A stretch of 64,000 nt of DNA from Octopus sinensis. Lineage: Eukaryota. The stretch spans positions 156,116,001-156,180,000 of the forward strand of contig NC_042997.1 in the NCBI RefSeq assembly GCF_006345805.1. The letters run 5' to 3'. Within the stretch, counting starts at the first letter, position 1. Every line of letters starts with the position of its first letter. This document shows positions 25,359-35,589 of this stretch, piece after piece. The notes beneath the pieces were generated by a model. That model saw only the letters and a list, made by a program, of their open reading frames with translations, was not told where the DNA came from and did not search any database. The translations under genes were made by a program, and so were the position numbers.

Positions 25359-25587
25359 TTATCCCTTTAGCATTCAGATTACTTTATCAAATGTAATGCT
25401 TATTTTTTATATTGTTTTGAATTAAACTAGCTTTATCATATAGCTTCAAGATTTTAATAATGTGATTTGTTTATTTTTAGAATGACATTATAGGGTAGGT
25501 ATAAGAATCCAAGTCTGACTGGTTTGATCATAAAACAAGTAGAATATTTGGGCTGAATATAGCTGGTTTAAATGCTAAAGGGGTGAA
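25359..25587. mobile_element. piggyBac-type MITE copy
   Basis: ccctttagcatt ... aatgctaaaggg ends. Confidence 0.7.
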
Positions 25588-27102
25588 GGGTGAATCAGAA
25601 AAATGGAAAATATCTCCCTCCTCATATAATTCAATCTTTAGATTATTATACAATGCTTTTGGGAATATATACCTTTTTAATTGGAAAAGTGTCAATGTTT
25701 TTCAATTGATTTTAACTATATTTAAGATACTGATATGTTCAGAGAAAATATCTGTGGCTTTATTATGCTAGTGTTGACCAACTAAAACCTCACAATGTAA
25801 TTCCTGTCGCAATGAGTTTTGATTGAAATTTTAATTTAAATATGTACAATTTCCTATGTTCTCAGGTGGGTTAGTAGTGAAAGGGTTAAACAATAAGTTG
25901 AAAAAATCTCATATTAATCAAATACAAAATATTTCTAAAATTAATACATTTTGCTATCTGTCAATATTTTTGTAGGGAATTTTTTAAGACATCATAGCAT
26001 AATTGAAGAAGGAATTAATGAAATATTTGTAAAATAAATTTTATCAATTTTATGAACTGTTCTTTTGCTAGTTTTTTTTAGAACTGTAGTTATTGCTTTT
26101 TTTCTTCTCTAAAGAAGATACCTGTTGGAATAAGATATGAAAATTAATGAGATATTTGAATAATAAAAAAAAAGGAACCTAAATTGTTTGACCAAATATT
26201 TAATGATTATATCTTGCAGGTGCAGGCATGGCTAGTGGTTACAAAGTTTGTTTTGCAATCACGAGCTCCTGGGGTTCATTTACCCCCATCTTGAAGTTGA
26301 CCTAAACCTTGTAAATGACACTGGGTCGGCAGAAATTTGAAAGCCTGTCAGATAGTACAGCCTTGTCACATTTTCTGTTACATGTTTTGTCACACAGATT
26401 CGGGCTGAAAATTTCATCAAGGCTGTGCATGTCTCAAGAACATTCAGTTACTTCCAGATCAATCGAACAAGTTGATTGAATACTGATTGAAACTGATGGA
26501 AGATCTGTTAAATCATTATATATTGCCAACTTTGTATAGTGTTGAGTGTGAAAAAAGTTATATTTTAACATTTCTTTGTTGTTCCACTCAAAATTGTGAT
26601 AGTTAGATTAAAGAATGTTAGAATATAGTTTAGAGAGCATATTCAAGTAATGTATGACTTAGACTTGTTTTATTTATTATTTTTGTTTATGTGTGTGTGT
26701 GTGTGTAAAGGTAATTGATTACATATAGTTGTACTTCATATCACATAAACAAGTGGGAGATTCTAGATAAACCCAAACTTCTTTACGGAACAATAAATTC
26801 ATTTACCTTTCAGAAATTTTGTCTTTTGTAAATTATTGTTAAAGTATCTAATATAGTGCTTCATTGTAAAGCTGTTCAACAATTTGAAGGTGATTGGCCA
26901 ATTCATTGGCTCTGTATTTTAATACAACAAAGATAAATTGTATTAAAGTAAAAATGAAAAAGGGCCCTTGCTCATAATATTAGAACTTACTTATTTGCAT
27001 GGCACAAAAGTTTCCATTTACAAATGTTACTAAATCAAGTATAGCACATAAATGTGAAACAAGGTGGAAAAGAGAGTACTCAAATACCAGAGGTAGAGTA
27101 AG

Positions 27103-27212
27103 ATGCTTTATTTAAAAGCAGCAGAAATATAACAAAAGCTGTTACTCAGAGTCTCACATGAAACTCTGAGTAGCAGCTTTTGTTATATTTCTGCTGCTTT
27201 TAGATAAAGCAT
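27103..27212. repeat. Fold-back hairpin centred on a half-hammerhead
   Basis: atgctttatttaaaagcagcagaaatataacaaaagctgttactcagagt..tca ca tga..actctgagtagcagcttttgttatatttctgctgcttttagataaagcat. The right arm reads GAAA ctc(t)gag TA, i.e. HHR stem III plus cleavage site. Confidence 0.9.
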
Positions 27213-27240
27213 ATATATATATACTCTCTCTCTTTTTACC

Positions 27241-27643
27241 CTTTTACTTGTTTCAGTCATTTGACTGTGGCCATGCTGGAGCACCGCCTTTAGCGGAGCA
27301 AATCAACCCCAAGACTTATTCTTTGCAAGCCTAGTACTTATTCTATCAGTCTCTTTTGCCGAACCACTAAGTTACAGGGATGTAAACACACCAGCATCGA
27401 TTGTCAAGCAATGTTGGGGGGACAAACACAGACACACAAACATATACACACACATATACACATATATATATACATATATACGACGGGCTTCTTTCAGTTT
27501 CCGTCTACCAAATTCACTCACAAGGCTTTGGTCGACCTGAGGCTATAGTAGAAGACACTTGCCTAAGGTGCCACGCAGTGGGTCTGAACCTGGGACCATG
27601 TAGTTCGTAAGCAAGCTACTTACCACACAGCCACTCCTATGCC
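27241..27643 (-). mobile_element. Full-length tRNA-derived SINE with CR1-like tail
   Basis: Minus-strand head ggagtggctgtgtggtaagtagc..ggttcagaccc, internal (TG/TA)n, tail ggcggtgctccagcatggccacagtc..gaaacaagtaaaag. Confidence 0.85.
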
Positions 27644-27677
27644 TATATATATATATATATATATATAGCCACTCCTA

Positions 27678-27747
<70 letters not shown>

Positions 27748-28079
27748 TAGATAGATAGATAGATAGATAGGTAGAATAGATAGATAGATGGGTAGGTATA
27801 TGTAATTTTGTATGTATCAGTGTGTATGTGTTTGTGCCTCATTATCTTGACATTGTGTAGTTGTTGCAAATGAGTGTCATTTATTTCCAATACTCTGCAA
27901 AAGTTTGTCTGGCCATGAAACAAGTGAAGTCTAGAAACAAGTGAAGGTTGGCGACAAGAAAGTCATCTAACATTAGAATATCTACGTCAATAAACTCCAC
28001 CTGACCCATGCAAGCATGAAAAAGTGGATTTTAAAAAATGGTGATGGTGGTGATGACGACGACGATGATGATGATAATA

Positions 28080-28140
<61 letters not shown>

Positions 28141-29820
28141 CGACGACGATGATTTCTCTTCTTCCTCATCGCATTAAAACGGCTCTGATTTCTTTAGTGC
28201 AGAAACACTAGTAAGTTTCATTTCCAGAGGGTAAACAAAATACTGATTTACAATAGTTTCCCACCAGCTAAGTTAAGGAAAGTGCATTTTCTTTCAGGCA
28301 CCAGTATGCAATTCAATTTTGTTCAGTTGTGTAAAAGCCACAAACTTAGCCTTGCTTGAAAATGATAGGATATTGCTTTATACATTGAAAGAAAAAGAAA
28401 TATCCATCTATCACTAGTTTAACTAAGCATGAGGTGTAGCTGTCTGTTCTAATCAGGAAGTCCAATATAAATATTGTATAGTGTGAGAATGAACAGAATA
28501 CTGGTGCAAGTTTGCAGTGATCTTGTTAACAATCTATTTACTATATAAAAGACGTCTACTATCAAACCATTCGCATAGATTTTCTTCTAATAAAGACCAT
28601 AAACTTTATTTTATTGAGCTGTAATTCCACCTGATTTTTTTTTCAATAGTAAATTTGAACAACTTTATCTTTTTCCATGATTGAATTACAAGCTCTTCCA
28701 AAACAGCAGTAAACTTTTAAATTCAGTTTTGTTTGGTCTGCATCCTTGGACTCAATAATAACTGATCAATCAGACATTAACAGAACCATAAAACTGATGA
28801 TTGCTTGAAATAGGAAAAAAAAAATTAAAATAATAATGATGTTCTTTTTTTTAACATTTCTAAAAAAAATTGCTTATATTTTAACTGCTGTCCTTATGCT
28901 GACAACTTTCTTAATTCCAGCTATCAATGAAAGCTCTATGTGTTCACTCAACCTGTTAATAATAGCAGCCAAATCTCTCTCAAATTACTCCATAATGACT
29001 TCAAAGAAGAAAAAAAGATACATTGGATAGTGTGTCCCGAGTGAACTGTGACTGAGTGAAAGGTAGGAGAGATATAATTAGAACACTTTTGATCCTTCTT
29101 TATCATCATGTCCATAGAGAAGCAATGAAATGATTAGGTCATGATGTGAATGCTCCTTTCTTGACCCCCTTCTCTCTCTTTCTCTTGGAAGAGAGGGGAA
29201 GGGAGGGAGAGCGAGAGAGAGAGTAGGGGGGAGGGAGAGAAGCACAAAATTGATGCTAGTGTTTGAGTGGTAACTGACCTCAGCAAGATTTCAATTCAGA
29301 ATGTAGAAAGCTAGAACAAATACCACAAGACATTCTATCCAACACAATAATGCTGCCAGTTTACCATTTAACCTTTAATCATAGATCTGCCTGATTAGGA
29401 CTGACTTGGGGTTAAGGAACAAAAACAACAACTTTTTCTATTTTGCACTAATGCTATGTACAAATGGCTTTTTCAAATGTACCACCTTTGTATTTAAATT
29501 CTGTAATTGACTTAGTCACAAAATACTTGTCACAAATTTACTATCATCATTAATTAATCTTGCATCAATTTGGCTTACATATTCTATTTTACTCTGTGAC
29601 ATGTTTCAGTCATTGGACTGTGGCCCTGCTGGGACACTGCCTTGATGAGTTTTAGTAGATTGAATTGACCATAGTTCTTAAATTGAATGTCTGATACATA
29701 TTTTAAAGATTTCTATATGTTGCACTGCTAAGTTACAAGACATAAACATATAAACACTACATATAAATATAAACAAACTAACATTTGTTTTTTATAAACG
29801 CCAAAATGTGCTTTGTACAA

Positions 29821-30120
29821 TACAAATAAGATGATATTTTTCTGAATGTAGAATTCCTGTTAGAACAGCAGAAATACCCTTACAAAGTGGAAAGATTTGT
29901 CAACAAACAGCCATGTGACATGAACCCACATTCTCCGAACTGAGTGCTTTACTATTAAGCTAAACTGCCTTCTGACAAATTCATCTGCAAATTTAGACAC
30001 TAAATAGCTAACTGATGGCTGTTTGTTGACAAATTTTTCTGCTTTGTAAGGGTAATTAACTTACTATTTCTGCTGTTCTAATAGCAATTCTATGTTTGAA
30101 AAAATATCATTGTATTTGTA
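29821..30120. repeat. Inverted repeat enclosing a tRNA-like head
   Basis: Arms 29821-29914 and 30015-30120; spacer reads on minus as ggcagtttagcttaatagtaaagcactc..tgggttca (A/B-box-like). Confidence 0.8.
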
Positions 30121-31104
30121 TCATATAAACACTTTTTTCGAGCAGTGTCAATGTAAAAGTACACACACACACAAACTCAAGTATATTTGATGTGTTTCTG
30201 TGCATTTTTTTTTGCAAACCAACTTCATCAATTTGATTCACAAGCCTAAGCATCTTTGAGGCTAAAAGAGACGATACCATGCAACAGTATCAAACCAAAT
30301 CCAAATGGTTGCAAAAGGAACTCCTTAATTGCACAGCTTTGCTCTGCCTTTATAATTTTTGCTAAGTACCTAACTGAAATTCTTTGGTATAATCATTAGT
30401 TATCATTCAGCAAACACAGCTACATTTTAAAAGAGGTCACAGAGAATTGTGTCTTCCTCTGTCATTCAAGCCACTGTAGTGAAAAAGTACATGTTACTGC
30501 TGCCATTTGTTTGACCTTGATGATTCCGTACCAATAATCTAGCAACATTTCTGCAGTCAATCTATCTTTCAGCTATTAATATACTATCATGGCTACTTCC
30601 TGTCCACTTCACTCAGGGAAAAATTTATATCTATCATCTTTGGCAGCCGCCGTTATAACAAATTTATCAGTGAGGAAGCCTCTGTATGGTCAGTCAAGTA
30701 AAAACTATCTCCCTCAAGACAAAAAAAAAAAAGAATAAAAAAATGATAACAAAAAAGCACTTAGCCATCTTTAAAAAATAGGAGACATATAAGATAATAC
30801 AATTGTGCATATCTCTGAAAATACAGGATAATCACATGTAGAAGGCCTGTGATCATACATTTGTTCATTCAAATCTGATCTTTGGTTAAATAACAGCAGC
30901 AGCAAATGCATCTGTCTCTTCAATTTCTCTCCCTTCTTTCCTTATACATGTCATTAGATTTCTATTCATACATACCCTGTTCTCTGTTCTTTGTCTCTTT
31001 AATGCTTGAACTAATCTGATTTCCTGATAGGAAAACTTTGATTTTGTAACAGTCAATGGAATTGATACCACCTTTTTAAGATGTGTGTGTATGTGAGTAT
31101 TACA

Positions 31105-31335
31105 TATCATCATCATCATCATTATTGTTTAACATCCGCTTTCCATGCTGGCATGGGTTGGACGATGTGACTGAGGACTGGTGAACCAGATAGCTGCACC
31201 AGGCTCCAATCTGATCTGGCAGAGTTTCTACAGCTGGATGCCCTTCCTAACGCCAACCACTCCGAAAGTGTAGTGGGTGCTTTTACATGCCACCAGCATG
31301 AGGGCCAGTCAAGCAGTACTGGCAATGGCCATGCT
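31105..31335 (-). mobile_element. RTE-tailed SINE
   Basis: (CAT)n plus tttaacatccgctttccatgctggcatgggttgg...; near-consensus copy. Confidence 0.85.
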
Positions 31336-31377
31336 CATACATACATACATACATACATACATACATACATACATACA

Positions 31378-31413
<36 letters not shown>

Positions 31414-31416
31414 TAT

Positions 31417-31617
31417 CTTAGAGCTTATGGCAACCACCGTGCAATAACTAAGGAAAAAAGCCCATGACAGAAAAAAGAAGGCTTTCCTATCCACATGGGA
31501 CTCGAACCCACATCCCTCCCATGTGGTTAGGAAAGCCTTCTTTTATCTGTTGTGGACTTACATGCCCCTTTATTAGACTTTATTAGTCATTGCATAGTGA
31601 TCGCCATAAGCTTTAAG
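31417..31617. repeat. Fold-back inverted repeat centred on a tRNA B-box
   Basis: Arms 31417-31500 and 31517-31617 (aaaagaaggctttcctatccacatggga / tcccatgtggttaggaaagccttctttt); loop ctcgaacccacatccc. Confidence 0.88.
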
Positions 31618-31944
31618 CTTATATAAATACCATTATTATTATTTATAAGATTGTAAAACATGGTGCCATATATTAAAACCATTTGCACTGAAATATATAT
31701 ATATATATATTGTTGATGTCATGAGAATTTTATAAACTTTTGAGAGAAGGTGAAATATTTCATTTTTGGAATAGTATATCTTGAAACACACACATAAAGC
31801 TATAAGCAATACCATGCAAGCATTCACATGCTATTCTTTTACAGCTGTGTGTAATGTACTTCAAAAACCATTATTCCAATACACACACATATTAATGTGT
31901 GTTTCACTCCACATGTATTACATGCACTACTAATAGTTTCACAT

Positions 31945-32267
31945 GAAGTCGCGTAACTTAGTGGTTAGGAACATTTGGCTCATGATCATAAGGTCGTGAG
32001 TTCAATTCTCGGTGGCACATTGTGTCCATGAGCAAGACACTTTATTTCACATTGCTCCAGTCCACTCTACTGGTAAAATTTAGTAGTACCTGTATTTCAA
32101 AGGGCTAGCCTTGTCACACTCTGTGTCATGCTGAATCTCCCTGAGAACTACGTTAAGGGTACACGTGTTTGTGGAGTGCTTAGCTACTTACATGTTAATT
32201 TCACGAGCAAGCTGTTCCATTGATCAGATCAGCTGGGACCCTTGTTGTGGCAACTGATGGAATGATC
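31945..32267 (+). mobile_element. Full-length tRNA-headed SINE (V-domain-like) inserted into the left-arm hammerhead, 15-bp TSD
   Basis: TSD ctaatagtttcacat at 31930-31944 and 32268-32282; A box tagtggttagg, B box gagttcaattc, then gtgtccatgagcaagacactt. Confidence 0.9.
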
Positions 32268-33599
32268 CTAATAGTTTCACATACACGACAAGTACATTCA
32301 TCAGGTGCTGATTATTCTATGAAACCAAGAAGTTTAAATAAAGGACCGAGCAAGAAGCAATGCTAAAGCAGACCATAGTTAATGGAAGATTCCACTACAG
32401 GTAAGCTACTAAATTGAACCGATGCAGAGTGTTAAGATGAATTTAAATTGAAAATAACCATAAAAAATAAAGTAAAAGGATAAAGTCATAAAGTATGAAA
32501 ATCAAATTAAATCATAAACGTGTCAATATATAAAAATATGAAAATATTTATAGACCTACAGATAATCTAAAGGCTATACAAATATATACAAATACATAAG
32601 CTATATATAATACATAAATTACACAAATACATAAAATACAAATATACATAAATTACATAAAATTATAAGTGGGAAAGCTCTAAGGTGTCTGTTATAAAGA
32701 TCTATAATTATAATATATAAAAATTATAAAAGGAATATGAAAGGATGGGAAAAATATAATGTAAATATAAATATGAGACATAAATTGACAAAATGAAAGA
32801 AGAAACTATATCTATATTTCTAGGCGTTATATAGAAAGTTAGAAAAAATGTAGAAAAAAAATGACCAATCAATCGGGAATTGGTGGAATCTTCCAATTTT
32901 TTAAGATATATTTGCTTGACTGAAAGAGTACAGATTTTATTTAGATCTGAGATTCTGAACGCGATTTTGAACTCAAGATCAGAGATTTTCAGTGGATGTA
33001 AACAAATGTTTAAATATATCTTAAAAAGTTAGAAGATTCCACTGATTCCTGATTGACTGGTCATTTTTTTTCTACATTTATAACGCCTAGGATTATAGAT
33101 ATAGTTTCTTCCTTCATTGTGTCAATTTATATCTCAAATTTATATTTACATTATATTTTTTCCATCCTTTCATATTCCTTTTGTAATTTTTATATATTAT
33201 AATTATAGACCTTTATAACAGACACCATGGAGTTTTCCCACTTATAATTTTATGCAATTTATGTATATTTATTTGTATTTGATGTATTTGTATAATTTAT
33301 GTATTATATATAGCTTATGTATTTGTATATATTTGTATAGCCTTTGGATTATCTGTAGAGCTATATATATTTTCATATTTTTATATATTGACATGTTGAT
33401 AATTTATTTTATTTTTATAATTTTTAAAGTTTATAACCTTATCATTTTACTTTTTTTCTGTTTAAATTCATCTTATCACTCTGCATTGGTTCAATTTAGT
33501 AGCTCACTTGTTGTGGAATCTTCCATTAAATATGGTCTGCTTTAGCATCACCTCTTGCCTGGTCCTCTATTTAAACTTCTTGGTTTCATAGAATAATCA

Positions 33600-33646
33600 G
33601 TGCCTGATGAATGTACTTGTCATGTAGGTGAAACTATTAGTAGCAC
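33600..33646 (+). ncRNA. Type I hammerhead ribozyme (right palindrome arm)
   Basis: gtgc CTGATGA atgtac(ttgtcat)gtaggt GAAA cta(t)tag TA gcac. Canonical core, GUA cleavage triplet, palindromic stem III. Confidence 0.8.
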
Positions 33647-33903
33647 ATGTAATACATGTGGAGTGAAAAACATACATTAGTATTGGACTCTCATTAAATG
33701 GAGTACTCTTCTTGTTGACCTATTTATGTAGCTCAATTTACAATATATATATATATTATTATCATTATAATTAAGTGTATCTAAGAGATACCATCATGCT
33801 AAATATAGCAGCTGAAACTTGACTCTAAAACCACATTAAGTGTTCATACAGCACCAGGAGAGAAGACAAAGAGACAAAATAAACTAGCCAAAAATATTAC
33901 TGG

Positions 33904-33967
33904 ATAATTTCAGATCCCGGATTTCTGACTCTTCATAAGAAATGCTTTGCCTTCATCAGTGGATTAT
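33904..33967 (-). ncRNA. Hammerhead motif of a further family
   Basis: Minus strand: ataatcca CTGATGA aggc...gtca GAAA tcc(g)gga TC tgaaattat. Stem II is degenerate. Confidence 0.55.
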
Positions 33968-34199
33968 ACGCAGATGGCACATAAATTCCCATGCTGGCCA
34001 CCTGATAAGATCGGTATTTTAAATAATGATCTTAACCTTATTCATATAAATTTATATATTTATTTCATCATTATATTCACTGCAGTGGTATTTTGACCAT
34101 ATCGCACGAGGAGTTTTAGGCGGGCAATTTAAACTAGTTGTGTGCATACATGCATATATATATGTATGTATATGTTTGTATATGTAAGTATTTGTATGT

Positions 34200-34254
<55 letters not shown>

Positions 34255-34493
34255 CTGAAGTAACGTGAAATAAAGTGTCTTGCTCAAGAACACAACTCAT
34301 AGCCCAGTTCAGGAACTGAACTTACTACCTCATGATTGTGAGCCTGATGCTCTAACCACTGAGCCATGCACCTTCACAGAAGCAGGAAAACCTATGGGAG
34401 TTTTTCTGCCACACTTTTTATTCTATTCTATGTCTTCACACATCAGACAACAAAGCTTCTGCTAAACAGTTTGTTTATGGAGAACATAGTGTT

Positions 34494-34688
34494 ACTGCAA
34501 GACTAAGTGGTGTAATGTGAAGACATATGGACAAAAACACACATGCACACCTTCATATATATATATATATATGTGTATACGAATATATACACACATATAT
34601 ATGCATATGTGTATACTTCTATATATGTGCACATGTGCCTCTTTTTTTAGTTCTTATGTCTTCATACTGACACCACTTGGGCTGCAGT
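34494..34688. repeat. Diverged inverted repeat looped by a (TA)-rich microsatellite
   Basis: actgca..aagtggtgtaatgtgaagacata / tatgtcttcatactgacaccactt..tgcagt. Confidence 0.7.
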
Positions 34689-35589
34689 GAAGTTGCTTAT
34701 TTCACCCATAAACAAAAAAAAATATTGTAGCTTTGAGGTTCAACGTGTGAATGCAGAATAAAGTACCAGGGTGTAAACAACAACAAAGTTAACTTCAAAT
34801 TTTAAGTTTTTATTTTCATTTTGTTTTGAATTTAAGTTATGATACATTCCATTATACTTCAATGATTCTTCATTTAATGTACCTTTCACTAATTTTAATT
34901 TACAAATCAATGTTAAGTAGAAATCTTTAAATGAGCCACTATGAGCTAAACATTAGATGAGAACATCTTAATCAGAGTAGCATGGTGTATTAAGCATTAT
35001 GCTAATGTTTTCTTTTGAAGTAAGAAAAAAAATTTACATTTAAATAAAAGTTTTATTATTATTTTTACATTTGTCTATTTAATGAAATATACCATCCATA
35101 TCATTTATTGAAATCAATAAAACTTGCCAATCCTATAAATATTAATTTCTAACATTGGCACAAGACCACAAATATTTTTCAGAAGGTGTAGTTTGTATAA
35201 ATCACCCCAACATTTAATGGTACTTACTTTTATCAACTCTCAGAAGGATCATCATCATCATTTTAACATTCACTTTTACATGTTTGCATGGGTTGGACAG
35301 AGTTCACTGAGACAGCTTTTCTGTTGCTGGATGCCTTTCTTGTTTCAGATTTTCACCTCTTTCCAAGCACAGTACTAATTCTTATTGGTCAGACATATTT
35401 TCACAGAATACTGGAAATGAATGACATTTATTTACAACAGTCACAAGATGTAAAAATGTAAAAATAGAACACAAACATATACACACTTACACATACATGG
35501 AACTGAAAATCTGTAAAACTTTCCAGAAGTTTATCATTTAAGTATATATGAGCATGTCTAGACATGCAGCTATATGCATGAAAATACAT

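Larger units (their letters stand above)
31875..33686. mobile_element. ~1.8-kb palindromic Penelope/retrozyme-like element (inverted arms ~700 bp, a hammerhead near each outer end)
   Basis: Left arm ~31875-32914 (excluding the SINE) is the diverged reverse complement of ~33012-33686; spacer ~97 bp. Confidence 0.9.

Noticed and set aside
29915-29970. tRNA gene (also 49655-49720 and 31945-32015)
   Set aside because: A/B boxes only; no complete cloverleaf. These are SINE-type heads.
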